A DNA stretch of 60,326 nucleotides, the filler included, from Hausera hauseri (Eukaryota), in assembly GCA_046269625.1 (NCBI GenBank). It is 12 parts of 12 records of this genome, joined end to end, with 100 filler letters (N's around TTAATTAATTAA, not from the genome) between each part and the next. Parts side by side here need not be neighbours in the genome. Positions count along the whole stretch, not along the records: positions 25,638 to 29,860 come from JBJURY010691549.1; positions 29,961 to 34,471 come from JBJURY010547563.1; positions 34,572 to 41,540 come from JBJURY010047887.1; 9 more parts are not named here. One strand, 5' to 3'. The stretch's first letter is position 1. Each line of letters begins with the position of its first letter. The notes beneath the pieces are model-generated. The model searched no databases. It was not told where the DNA came from and was given only the letters and a program-made list of their open reading frames with translations. Of this stretch, positions 25,638-38,700 are shown piece by piece. The position numbers were made by a program, and so were the translations under genes.

Positions 25638-28239
25638 ATCAATCATTAAGGAAGAAGAATACTACCCTTACGTTAAAACTCATGAGGAACAAGTCCTACC
25701 TAAGGCGGAACGTTCTATGCTAAAATGTACCGACAAAATGTTGGAGTTCAATAATCTTAGAAACATCTTAGAAACAATTTAACATCCATTGTACAATACA
25801 ATTGCATTTTTGCAATTTGACTTGACATTTTGAACATTTTTGCGATTTGACTTGACATTTTAAACTTAACAATGAAATTCGACTCTTCTGATATGGGTAT
25901 CATAACTTTTTATTATTTGGAAATTTTTTCCCTATATATGTATTGTAAACCATTTTGATATGGGTATCACAACTTTTTATTATCTGGAAATTATAAATAT
26001 TTATGTGAACCAAACACTCCAAACGCTTATGAACAAAAGTACAATTATTTTTAGAAATACAATAGCCAAATACAAATTGAAAATATTAACAATAGCAATT
26101 TAACAATAGTAATGAATCATTATTAGAAAGAATAGCTTCATAAACAACTCCGACGTCACAAAATCAAATATTACAAATGGAATTTAGAATACAATTATAG
26201 TTATAGATCGTGACAATTCAAAATTTTGAGAGCAATTACTGTCATCCACGAAGGAACAACTGGTATAAAAACTAGCTAGAAATTCACACAAGACACAACA
26301 GACTTCTCAGACATTTTGATCACAATATTATTGAACCAGTAGTGACCTTTTGGTAGGTCTTTTGGTTGATTACGATGAATATATTAGACATTTATTTCAG
26401 TTCATATAAGAACCAAGAGATCCATAATTCGAAATTATCCAGAATAATTTGAAATTCGTCGGAACAAAATTACTTCGATTTGACTTTATATATATTTGAT
26501 TATACAATTATGGCAGAAAATGATAGCAATAATTCGGCATCATACATTGAGAGCCTAGGTAAAAGTTCATGATATGTCGTTGTTCTTTTAATCATGATTA
26601 TTTGAATTGTAATATTTTTTAATAGAAATATAATTTTGAAAATGTAATTATATGTATTGTCTTGCCGGTATAGAAAGAATTAGGAAGACATAACCTTGAC
26701 GTATGAATATCGATATGAAGACAAGTGTTGGCCATAAAGAGTAATCCAAAATCTGGTGATCTAATAATAATTTATTAAAGTCAAAGATGTCAGAATTTTC
26801 AATCAAGGAAGACAACCCCGATGAGTCAATGATCTTCAATGAACGGCTGAGGGGATAAACTTATGTTGTCTACCTTTAGTGGACAGATAATGATATTGAT
26901 GAATGTTGATGTTGCTCAAACCCGTTTTAATGGAACACTGGTGATTGACCGAATAGGCGTTTAGGTATTAAACAAAAACCGGGTGAAGGCCTATAAAATA
27001 AGTGATATTGTAGAGGTTAGTATACTAACGAAGTCACAGTAATAATAAAGAACGATCGCGTGGATGTAGATGTAAAAATAAGCCCCGAAAAGATCCTTGT
27101 GACGAATAATATTTGAACTATAGGTAGAGGAACTAAAAGATAGTCATAAGAGTGCGAATCTGTAAGAATCTAACAATTATCGAGTAAAATATAACTACTG
27201 ATAGGTAACGAACGTTTAGCGTTGTTGAAAAATAAATAGACTATTGTAAAGAGGGCAATGATCCAAGCACCTCGTTTTTCGGACTATTATATATTAAAGT
27301 GAGCTGCATATTAAAATATAAAGTATGATTGTCTTTACATTGATTTAAACAATAAGGAAGCAATAGTTCGGGAATAAGATGGCCAGAAAACGACTTGTAA
27401 CTAGAATAAACTCGAACTGGTGTTAGTTCCTCTATACCGGTAATACGTGAGTTTTCACTTCTTACAGTCACAATATCATTGTGATTTATATTGTTGACCT
27501 TGTCGTAGTTTAGCCAAGGATGATAAAACAGATTAGGATGTTTGGCTTTAACCAGGAGTCTATTTCCAACGTTAATATTACGAAGAGAGAAGTTTATACC
27601 TATTGAACATAGATTCAATCAATGTCCTAAGAGACAACGATGGTCGGGATAATATATTAGTTCTAAATAAATGTTTTGGAAGAATTTTGGATAATATGTG
27701 TTTCACCATGATACAGGAGATTAAGAAATTCAAAAGTATGCAGGGTTGCCAACAAGATAAACAATGTTGTTCTAATATTCCAAAGGATACCACTACTTGA
27801 CGTCTTGAATTAAGTGTTATGATGCTCGACCATGACCAAATAATTTTGAGAGAACCGGATGATTTTAATTTGGTATTTGTAGCAAAGCATACATTGTCAG
27901 GAGAATGTAGTTCCGTTTTAATAGGGAATAAAGAACTCGATTCAAGGAAGGAGAATATACGACAATAGGACAACAGGAAATAGGTGCATGGCAGACTTGA
28001 GTAATAATTGAAGTGTATAGAATCTCGATAAAGGAATACCTAGAACGAAATTCTAGTATTACAGGTATATAATAAGAAAAGGGTAGAATTCAAAGGATAA
28101 CTAATGAGGAATGTGTTTAAGAATAAGTGCTAGGTGCAGGTTATTCGTAACCGAACCACCATTGAACTCGCCTTCAGAGAGAGAGAGAAGATTTTTATAT
28201 ATATGCGTACGATTTAAGGTCACTATACCAACCCCTGTA

Positions 28240-29127
28240 CATTAACACTGTAGTAGATGACTCTACTGCCCTCGAAAAGTTCGTCTTATTGGCTGAAAAA
28301 AGCTTTAACATTCTGCAGTCCAATAACTCGCAGCCTGTAGCCGCAGCAACTACTCACACTGCCAGACAACACTTTATTTGCACAACAACTAAACATGATG
28401 CAGAAACAATTTGATACCCCACAACAAGCAATTTCTGCAATCACATCCCAACTCAGCGACTTATCTGTGCCCCGAGGAAGCGAAAATCGTATTTCTCGCA
28501 ATCGAAGTTTTTCCAGGCACTCTTCTCGTTCTAAATCTAGAGATGGTAGGATGACGTGCTTTTATCACAACAAATTCCGCAAAGATGAAAGGAAATGTGT
28601 TTTAGGCTGTCGATTCTACGATGCACGATATGCCGTAGACAATCGAATCTGCATCTATCACGCAAAGTACCAGTCCAAGGCTAGGTCATGCGTGCCAGGA
28701 TGTAAATATTATAAAAGGAATTCTAGTTCTCCATTTTCTTCGCCTCTGCGTACTCACCATTCCTCCTCTTCCTACCAACAAGTCTCAAAAAACCAGTAAT
28801 GCCACCATATTCCACGGCACATTCTGGTACAGGCAATATTGCTGACACTACTGGCCGTTTCAACACGGCCTCTGCAGTCTTTCTGTTGGAAGCTAATCGG
28901 TTACTTAAAGCACATCACACATAGATTTCCTTATTGATTCAGGAGCTGCATTTTCATTTCTTCCATTGTCTTTCGCTCCTACATCCAACACAGTTTTCTC
29001 TACTTTACTCTTCACTGCCTGTGGTCAACCTTTGAACATTGTATGTACCACAAAGCTGTCTTTCTCATTCTACAACCTACCAGGAAAATTTTCCTGGAAT
29101 TTTCACAGCCAACATCAGATCGCCCAT
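28240..29127 (+). mobile_element. Ty3/Gypsy gag-protease fragment (family A)
   Basis: CFYHNKF...CVLGC / CIYHAKY...CVPGC knuckles and FLIDSGA protease motif; ends at ANIRSPI. Confidence 0.88.
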
Positions 29128-29860
29128 AGTAGTAGGAAGGGAGCGCATGAGCACAGTACCAATCCCCTTCCCCCTTGCGGAGGAAAAAATTGATGTGGTT
29201 CGCGGATGAGCCATGGGGTAGAGAAAATGATTCACACATACACGATTAATAGGGCGTAGATAGGAGACACACGGTTATTAAAGTGATACACACAAGCACG
29301 CGTACTGCATGGTTTGTAGGTGGACTTAACATTTTGAATTTCGCGCCAAACATTTTTGTTGTAATTTTGGTTTTGGTGTAAGGTGATTGGTTGATTTGTT
29401 TCAATTTTGTCAGTGAACAAAGTATTTTCTGATCTAATCATGGTTTCACTATTCCCACCCCCTACTTGTTTAAATTTTACAAAGTTGATATAAATACCCC
29501 TGTGTCACCTGAGAAAAAATGTCTCAAAATTTGTCAACATTTAAATGAACACTATGACAGAAGATAAAAAAGTCTTTACAAATATTTATTAATATAACAC
29601 ATACAAACAATGAAATATTTACAGATTCAATACAATAATGTCCATAGGCGACACTTTTATTTTTCGATATCCAGTGTCGTTTGTCATCAAAAGGGTCCAA
29701 AGCTTTCTTTTTGGTACTGATCATCATCAGTTGATGGTTCTTTGTCCCAATCCGTTCTTGATCAACAATTGTCCCACATCCACTTTCATATGCTTGCAAG
29801 TAGTTATCAAAGTGCAAATCCGTTTGTTTCAGATTGATACCCTTGCATTTGAGCACTGGT
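29128..29860 (-). mobile_element. Polinton/Maverick terminus and pPolB C-terminus
   Basis: ORF 29856-29524 has KCKGI...LHFDNY...IGTKNHQL...KKALDPFDDKRHW...SVAYGHY (pPolB end). AGTAGTAGG begins exactly where Gypsy homology stops. Confidence 0.8.
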
Positions 29861-29960
29861 NNNNNNNNNNNNNNNNNNNNNNNNNNNNNNNNNNNNNNNN
29901 NNNNTTAATTAATTAANNNNNNNNNNNNNNNNNNNNNNNNNNNNNNNNNNNNNNNNNNNN
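29861..29960. other. Artificial contig-joining linker
   Basis: N44-TTAATTAATTAA-N44. Confidence 0.99.
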
Positions 29961-31432
29961 GCGGGTGGTGGGATGTTGTCTACAGATGTTTACACTGGAA
30001 TATCTTTGATAATTTTTCGAAGAATTCACTAATAAAATATGGTGTGCGGTCAGTCAATAACTGCTTCGGTGTGCCTAGTACGGCCACAACATAATAAAAG
30101 AATGTTTCGGCTACCGTATGACTAGTCATATTTTTCAAAGGTATTAGAACAACATATCTTGAATAGTAACCAACAAGTGACAAAATGTATTTATATCCTG
30201 ATTCCGATGTTGGAAACGGTCAAGAAATATCCATCGAACAAACTTCCATAGGTTGTCGTGCTTCGAGAAGACTTCCTAAAATGGCTTTGCACGGAATCCT
30301 CTATCCTTTATGGTAGCACACATTTTGAAAAAACGTACCCATCCCTCAATGTTTGTTCATTTGAGGCCAATAACATTTTGTGGCAATGCGTTTCAATGTC
30401 TTGTTTAACGACGGATGACCCGCTAAATGTGAGTCATGTTCTTGCAGCATAACTGCTTTGATTGTTGAATTGGGTACAATAATTAGCTTTCTTTCACCAA
30501 CTTTAAGTTTTAGTATTCCATTTTCAATGTCTAAATGTTCCTTACGTCCGTAAAATTTCTGAATATGACTTGATACTTGATCAACCGTTTGTCCATTTGT
30601 TAAGTTTGACTTGGACAATAAATGGATCTTGATTTTGTAAAGCTTCGATATTTCGAACCTGAATTTGCTTTTGTTTCTGTAACATGTCATTAATAATTTT
30701 CTCATTTAATTGTTTCTTCTGTCTTGTGGTTTATGAACGGCAGCAACTATATTTTCATAAGGTAATCTAGAAATTGCATCTGCGTCTGCATTGTCCTTTC
30801 CTGGTCGATATCGATATTCGATGTCATAATTCAAAAGCTCTAGCTTCCATCTTCGGAGTCGGCTTGATACATGTCTATTGTCTGAGCGCAAAGAAAGTAG
30901 TGCTTTATGATCCGTGAATATTATGACTTTGACCATAGACATAATATTCATAATGTCGTAGTCCGTCACGTATTGATAATAATTCTAATTCCGTGGTAGA
31001 ATATTTCTTTTCGGCGTTATTTAGACTTCGTCCTCCATATGCAATTACATGCTCAGTTGTCTCTTCTGGACACTGTTGAGCCAAAATGTAACTAATAGCT
31101 TTAATGCTGGCGTTGGTTTTCAGAATAAACAAGAGTGAAAAATCCGGATATCGTAATGTGGGTGCTGATGCTAGACGTCTTTTTATTTCATCAAATGCTT
31201 CTTGATTTTCTTCCGTCCATTCCCACTTCTGATCCTTTCGAAACAATTTATACTGGGGTTGGTTAATTTCTACAAAATTCTCAATAAACGTAGGATAAAA
31301 TCCTCCCACTCCTAACCAGGCTCTCATCTCATGTACACTGGTTGATGGAGGATATTCCAAGATTATGGATATTAAATCTGAACTGGTATATATGCCTTGG
31401 TTTGAAACAACAAATCCAAGATATTTGACTTC
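29961..31432 (-). mobile_element. Ty3/Gypsy pol pseudogene (RT thumb, RNase H, integrase), family B-related
   Basis: EVKYLGFVVS, LRYPDFSLLFILKTNAS, IAYGGRSLNNAEKKYSTTELE, TDHKAL, EHDSHLAGHP...YWPQM and PKQLLTDR. Confidence 0.92.
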
Positions 31433-31890
31433 TGTTGGTATTGTATATGGTGCCAACAATATTCTAGTAAGTGGTTCGACGTAACGGATATCATTATTAT
31501 ATTTGATAGGTATTTCTGAATCACAGTGTATCTTTGATTAAGGATAATTCCAATCTTTTACACTTGTATGTGAAAAGTACTTCTAGGACTCTGCTCTGGA
31601 TTCCTTCGCCGAACGAGAGTTATCATTGTCATTTCTGGATTTGACGCACAGATGGCTAATCGGTTTCTCAACGTTTCAAAGTTTGCCTAGCAGAAATTCT
31701 GAATTGTTTCGGAATACACTTCTATTGTTTTGTGGGTCAAATAAAATAAGACATTTCTATTTGCGATGTAATCGGCAATGTTCACCAATTGAGCCCTGTC
31801 GGTTAATGAATTGTCTGTTTGTACAATTTCTTTTTCCGATTTTAAGAGTTTGTATTGGGCAAAAGCCCTGTATAGGCCGCACAATACAAG
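31433..31890 (-). pseudogene. Chuvirus-like glycoprotein, central fragment
   Basis: VNIADYIANRNVLFY...SNPEM...GEGIQSRVLEVLFTYKCKRLEL...HCDSEIPIKYNNDIRYVEPLTRILL aligns by eye with the glycoprotein at 34727-35100. Confidence 0.8.
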
Positions 31891-32779
31891 TTCTAAAATC
31901 CAGTCGTAAAACGACTGGTGAAAACTTGGGGAAACAACAACTCCAGATTAGGTTTGTTGTAATAAATTTAGGTTGATGTAGGTGATCTAGACGTCGTGTG
32001 TAGGTGGAGTTGGACTCCACACCATATAAGAAGTTGGCAAAGATGTCCTCGACGCTGTGGTATTTGGTTGCGGTTGTTTTGTCTGTTTCAAGACAGCATT
32101 TCAATAAATCTTCATTTCGGTTGTCTTTGTCATCATCACGGCTGCTGCTGCCGCTGCTTGTTGGTTTCGTTCTTGAATCGCGTGAGTCATCAGCAGAGAA
32201 GCTGTATGAATATGAAAAGAATATTAAAGAAATTTATCAGGAAATTATCGGCGTTCATGTCTGCATCCATTCGGTTGAATTCGCATTTGATATCTGATAG
32301 TGACTATGGGAATTATCGTTGACAATAAAACAGGTTTGTCCACCATGTGAAAATGATGAAGTGTTAATGACGGTATGACCGACGGAAATCGTGTGCTGAT
32401 GAGCTGTCGTCAGTTGTTATGGGACCTTGTGGTGTAGTCGAGTCGATGGACAAGTTCCATATTAAATTGATGAATGACGCGTTGGTCGTAATTCCTGCAA
32501 TCTTCATCAGTGTCGGTTGATCGGCGAATAAATCGGACAATTATGGCAGATCGCCCATTCGATTTGTGGTTGGTAATGATATCGCAGTCGCAGCTGCGAT
32601 TGCTGATGACGACGACAGCAATGCGAATTTGTTGATGTTTGTCGCTTTCCCTTTTTTTAAAAGTTAAACTGTTCTTTTGGACTGTAGATTTAAATAACCG
32701 GGTTTAAATCCACAGATTTTTGCTAATGATAATGTTCTTAGGCGAATTCATGATTTTTTAGTATTTGAATTTGTTTTGA

Positions 32780-33520
32780 TATTTGATTTTGTAAAGAAAA
32801 GCTTTACAACGATATAAAATAATTTTCATAGTTTGTACTAAATACTTGTTCACATTTTGTAATCAAGTCTTGTTGTATAAACTTAACACCTTGGATATTT
32901 TTAGATATTATAATTTTGGTTTTTACTTCATCAATTACTTCACTATTTGTATTTTCAACATTTGTTTCATAATGTCGTGCATGACGTTTTCCCGTCGTTG
33001 CGTTAGATTCGCCTTTCCGGATTTGTACTAATGCAATCATAACTTTTAGGGGTTGTGCAGTATCGTAGACGTTCTTGTGTGACAATATCCTATTCTAATT
33101 TACAGAAGGGAACATCCATTATCGTATTCGTGTTTGTTTCAAAGATGAAGGTATTTTCTTTGATTTCAACATCATACTGATCGTGTACAACCGATTTTGA
33201 AATAACTCCTTTACCTGTATCGAAATTGCCTCCTTTGCCATTTCCTTTTCATCTTTATGCAACAATTCATTTTTCTTGTTGAGTTACTTGATCTCTGCAG
33301 TTAATAAGATGTCACCTCACTTCAATTGTTGGGTTTCACCTGCGTCTCGACAATATGTGAGATTGACCGACACGTATCTAGGCATTGTTGTTGGTTTGAT
33401 AGCGGAAACATGATGTAGATGACCGCAGTAGGTAATAGTACGGGATACTCGTAGTGAACACTAATCCTTTTATATGATGTGTGGATTTGTCATAATAAAT
33501 ATACGAATTTTGTGTCGTAA
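32780..33520 (-). pseudogene. Chuvirus-like glycoprotein, N-terminal ectodomain fragment
   Basis: SRTITYCGHLHHVSAI (cf. chuviral RTIYYCGMHSHVSAV), GGNFDTGKGVISKSVVHDQYDVEI...FCKLE, and GVKFIQQDLITKCEQVFSTNYE (cf. GLKFIKKEMMTRCDKVMFATNYE near 34614). Confidence 0.8.
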
Positions 33521-34319
33521 TTCCTAATTTCTTCGGAAGTGCGTCCGGGCGAGATTGTAAATTCATTAGAGTAATAACTTCCTTCATAAACTTTGTCACA
33601 ATTGTATGTTAGTATGGTTCCTGATTTCTTAAAATTTGAGAATAATGCCAATATGAATAGGATGAGTTGTAAGAAGAATCCATTAGTTTTAGTTCCGACA
33701 CTTCAGCATTTCTTCCTGAATGTTTCATCATTTTATCCATAACAATGGGAACAGCTTCTTGTGAGGAATTCTCTGTAATTTCGAAAATAGCCTTTTCTAA
33801 TGTTGTTTGTTCTGCTTCTGGATGATTTTCGTTTTCATTTCGTAAGAATAAGACATTCCATTTGCCGTATTGTGATATGATCGATTTGCTAGCCTGGATT
33901 ATTTTTCCAGTTGTAATTTTAAGTCAGTTTCGTTGTTTCGGATATAAGTAGAATTATTACTTTCTCAAGGTTTCTGCGCGATGGCGCCTCTAAAATGAGT
34001 TGGGTAATGTCTTCAAAAGTAAAATTTTCCCATTCCAAATTTTTAGTGGTTTTTCACAAATTTGAATTGCTCTTTAACTTGTTTCTTCCATTTTGGAGAA
34101 TGGAGGATTATCGGATCTTTGCTTGTATCGACATAACATAGCTCGCTAGCTAATTTTGCATTTTTGCATTCCTTGTACAGTTTTGGCGTTTCGAATTCAA
34201 TTAGTTGATCCGCAGTTTTTAGCATTTGTTATTGTTTTATTTCGTTTACATCGCTCATTTAGGTAAAGTTTTCTTTACGATTGGTTATACCACTTCTTGG
34301 CCATCAGTGTCAGTGTTTG

Positions 34320-34471
34320 GCTTGTTCAGTGTTTGGTAGTCTAACCTATAAGTCTTGATTATCGTATTTGATAAATGGTTTGTTTAATGCCGTACAGTTT
34401 CGAATTCCTGTTGGTATTGTATGTGGTGCCAAAAATATTCTGGTTATTGGCTGAACATAACGAATTTCATC
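34320..34471 (-). pseudogene. Additional chuvirus-like glycoprotein fragment
   Basis: DEIRYVQPITRIFLAPHTIPTGIRNCTALNKPFI...VRLPN; a paralog of 31433-31500 that continues further into the glycoprotein. Confidence 0.7.
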
Positions 34472-34571
34472 NNNNNNNNNNNNNNNNNNNNNNNNNNNNN
34501 NNNNNNNNNNNNNNNTTAATTAATTAANNNNNNNNNNNNNNNNNNNNNNNNNNNNNNNNNNNNNNNNNNNN
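34472..34571. other. Artificial contig-joining linker
   Basis: N44-TTAATTAATTAA-N44. Confidence 0.99.
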
Positions 34572-35744
34572 ACGGAACACCCGACACCGACTATATTTAT
34601 TTCCGACCCGCACGGACTAAAATTTATTAAGAAAGAGATGATGACACGCTGTGATAAAGTAATGTTCGCCACAAACTACGAAGCGTTCTTTGTGCCGAAA
34701 CAGAAATAAACGCGAGAACTTACAAATTGAAAACGCAAGACGTTCGGATTGAGGACTACCTGAAAAATAGGGACGATTATTTCTACTGTAAAGGACAAGT
34801 CGGAATAACAGAATTATATCATAAAATGATAATGAATGATAATAAGAACTATAATGGCTCTTATATACGCAAATCCAGAATTAGCTTCTCCAATAATTTC
34901 CATGAGAGAAGGAATTTTCGGTCGAGTTACGGGCGAAGTATTACTAACCTATGAATGTGAAAAAAGAGAACTACCTATCAGCGTAGAAGAAAAACGTTGT
35001 ATCCAAGAACTTCCTGTTATTTACCAGTATACTCCAAGATTAGCTACACCATTGACGAGAGTGTTGTTGGATAGCGCGACACAACTGATCATTCTTAAAG
35101 ATTGTAAATCAGGCTTAGGAGAACCAATGTTTCGACGTAGCGAAACAGACTGGGTTAGTTTACCTAATGGAGATATCACTGCTGCTCCTAACAAGCTAAC
35201 AGGGACGAATCTTGCGAAGGGTATTACAGACGATAAATTTCAAGACATCTCGTCAAAAGGTATATACAGACCAAAAGAAATTGAAGCCTTCAGACAATTC
35301 CCCGCCTTTCCACGACAACGAACACATGAGCTAAATCGAGCTATGGCGTCTGTAGTAGACGATACACGATATCAAGCTAAATGGGAATCATTACTTGGCG
35401 TAAACCACTATCAAAGAGTGACAACAGAAATACTCTATAAAATTTGGGGAAGATTTTTGATTTTTGGACAAGCCGCATCAGGATTTTTAGCGATATACTT
35501 TCTGATACAAATGATTAAGTCGGTTATCCAAGCCGTGATAAACGGATATGAAATATTTACACTAACCGGATTTTTATGTAAAATTCTGACTGCAATCATA
35601 ACGCCTTTTGGAAAATTCTTAAAAGCATATGAGGAAAGTAGATGGAAATCGGACGTAGAACGTCATGTCGGTTACTATAATCGTAAACGAAGAGGGAGAC
35701 CGTTATTCCTACAAAAGCGGAAGTATACAAAACCTATTATATGA
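34572..35744 (+). CDS. Chuvirus (Jingchuvirales)-like envelope glycoprotein, C-terminal half
   Basis: GRVTGEVLLTYEC...CIQELPV...ATPLTRVL, SSKGIY...IEAFRQFPAFPRQR and IWGRFLIFGQAASGFLAIYFLIQMIKSVIQAVINGYEI mirror chuviral G (VAGEVIHIVKC...CYxQLPV...TPRTHIL, TSGIY...LRDHIMFPAE, WxKFLxFGxxSAG...IxHGYAL). Confidence 0.85.
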
Positions 35745-38700
35745 AGAAATAATTCAGATGATGACGAGCCTAAGGGAGGAGAAGCGCTTGTAGGAATAAA
35801 TAGACATAAGATGTACTCCGTCATGAAAGCGCCATTGCCCATGTTACCTCCTACCGCTCCATTCTACGAAGATTGCGACAAACGATCCATGAGCTCATAT
35901 CAAACGGAAATCTATAAAAGAACAATTAATGTCGAAGATCCTTATGAAGGAACGAAACGTTACGGAATTCTACGGAAAATGTGCTACCGACAATCCGCAG
36001 ATGATCCCAAAGTGTTTTATTCACCGAGAGAATCTAAAAATATCGAAACTAGATCTACGGTTTGGGACAAACCCAGATTTAAAACCTTCCAACATACTGA
36101 ACTACATACCAACAATCGAGAGCCGCTAATCAGTACTCACGAAATGGAAGAACTGCATGTAAAAAACAATGAATTATATTCCGACGAAGAATTAAGACAG
36201 TTATCGGGAAACATAGTATCCGCCCCAGAAGTACGAATAAACGGACACAAAATATCAGTAACTAAATGTATGAAAATAGCATCGAATTGTTTCGGAACAG
36301 TGATCGAAGGAAGACCGTTCGCCAAAATCACTATTGAGGATTGGGAAGTTTATGCGTCAAGTTTATACATCAAAAATAATTCAATACCTCAAACGCTAAG
36401 AGGACAGTTATATCCGCCGTCTACGAAAGATCCGGGTAGTATAGGAGCTTTTGGCCAAATGTCAAAACCAATGTTTAAATGGAACCCAGAAGTTCATTTA
36501 GTTTGGCAAACATTTCGACACAAATTTGCGATCATGGAACAATTAACTGACGACGTTGTTCTAGGATGCAATTTATTGAAAAGGTTACCAAATATAGCAG
36601 TCGACCTACAAACAGGAAAATTAATAGAAATCAGGCTCAATAAAGGTGTGAAAAACTCTAATAATAGAAAATTTGGGGAAGTGTGGATACCAGTAGACGA
36701 GAATATTCCACCAAGAACGGAAATAATAATTTATGCACAAATTCAGCAAGATGACGATCATCCAGTATACTTCGAACCAAAGGAAACGTTAAATCCAAAT
36801 ATAACGCTCAGTAATGTACTTACGAGAGTACATTCTGGTCGTGTGCCGATCAGAATAGCGAATAATGCACCAACTCCTATCAAATTCCATGCTTATACTA
36901 CTCTAGGAGATACGTATAGAGTATCGTCAATAACCATTGAAGAAAAGCCTTATAAGTATGCCGAATTTCCGCCTCATGTTGAAACTAAGTTCTGCCCGGA
37001 ATTCTACTATCGATTTTATGAATTATTATGCCACTATAAATCAATTATTGCTAAGGATAAAAATGATAGCGGTAGAGCAAAAGCGTTAAAACTGACTGTT
37101 CCGCTCAACAAAAAGCATGATTCAAATGAAGAAATAGATTTGGAGGATCAGAAGATTCCGAAACAATACCCTCCACCACATTCGCTAAGACTTGAGTAAA
37201 CAAAGGAAGTCGAACGAATGCTTAAGGCCGATATAATTATGCTCAGTTACAGATCCTGGTACTCGCCTATCCTTATGGATAAAAAGAAAGGCACCATGAA
37301 GCACCGATTTTGTATCGATTATAGAGCTCTAAATAATCTTATGATGAAAGATTCTTTTTTAATGCCATTAGTGAAAGAGGCCTTAGACAGACTCTCAGGA
37401 GCAAAATAATTTACCACTCTGGAACTACAATCCGAATATTGGCAAGTGGAAATAGAGGACGAAGACCGCTATAAAACAGCGTTTAAAACACACGATGGCG
37501 TTTATGAATTTAACGTCATGCCGTTCGGTATTACTATCGGATTAGCCATATTTACAAGAATGATGAACAAAATGTTAATGGGACTGGATCATGCCTTTGC
37601 GTATTTAGATGACGTGATAATAGCATCGAGAACAGAAGAAGAACACTTAAAGGATATTGAACACGCACACTGATGAGATTGGAACAAGCCGGATTGAAGT
37701 TAAATCCGAAGAAATGCAAATGGGCTCAAAATGCAATATCCTACCTGGGTCATATAGTTAGAGAAGAAGGATCGAAACCAGATAAATCGTTATTGAACAA
37801 AATATCAGATTGCATGGAACCACAAAATCAGAATGAGTTAAGACACTGGTTAGGTCTCTGCGGATATTATGCAACATATGTGCCGGATAATTCAAAGATT
37901 AATTCACCTGTATATCGTCTGCTTAAAAAAGGGATTAAATGGAAATGGACAGACGTGGAACAGAAAGCTTTTGATGAGAGGAAGAAGATATTAACAAGCG
38001 AAACCGTTTTGCGATATCCAGATTTTAGCTTACCCTTTATAATCAAGACAGACGCCAGTAAAGAAGGCATTGGTTATGAATTAGCACAGAAAAGAATATG
38101 AAGAATTAGAACACCCGATTGCTTATGGAGGACGTTCCTTAAAAAGGCCGAGAAAAATTATTCTGTTACCGAATTAAAAACTCTAGCCGTAAAAGAAGCA
38201 CTACGCCATTTCAACGTTTACGTATACGGACAGAAAATTATAATTGTTACCAATCACAATGCTGTTACGACCTTAAGGGCCGAGCAAATAATCCGACATG
38301 CAGGCTTAATAAATGGATCGAAGAAATCTCCAGATATAACATTGAATTTCAGTATATGCCAGAGAACAAACATGTAGACGCAGACGCCCTATCGAGATTA
38401 AAGATTAAAACAAGCGCAATCATTACAATGAAGAAAAGTCAACTTGAGGAAGTAATAGACCGCCAAAGAGCGCTAACAATGGATAAGGCCATTAAAATTT
38501 CAACTGAACAAAGAAAGGATAAGGTCGTCCAGCAGATTATAGAATTCGCCAAGAAGGATGTCGTACCAAGAGGACGAGAGTTAAAGAAGCATTTAAACAG
38601 ACTCGGACATAAATATTGCGTCTTGAATAACAAGAGTAAAGAAGATATTTTATATTACGAGCGAAAAGGAAGGAAATTGATAGATATCCCAAAGAGTTTA

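Noticed and set aside
34572-35744. Stand-alone endogenous chuvirus insertion
   Set aside because: No nucleoprotein or L polymerase is recognisable, and G is in frame with Gypsy pol in diverged copies, so it behaves as part of the retroelement.
35742-35744. Programmed stop-codon read-through between glycoprotein and pol
   Set aside because: Copy 2 has a sense codon at this position and both copies carry many random stops, so decay explains it.
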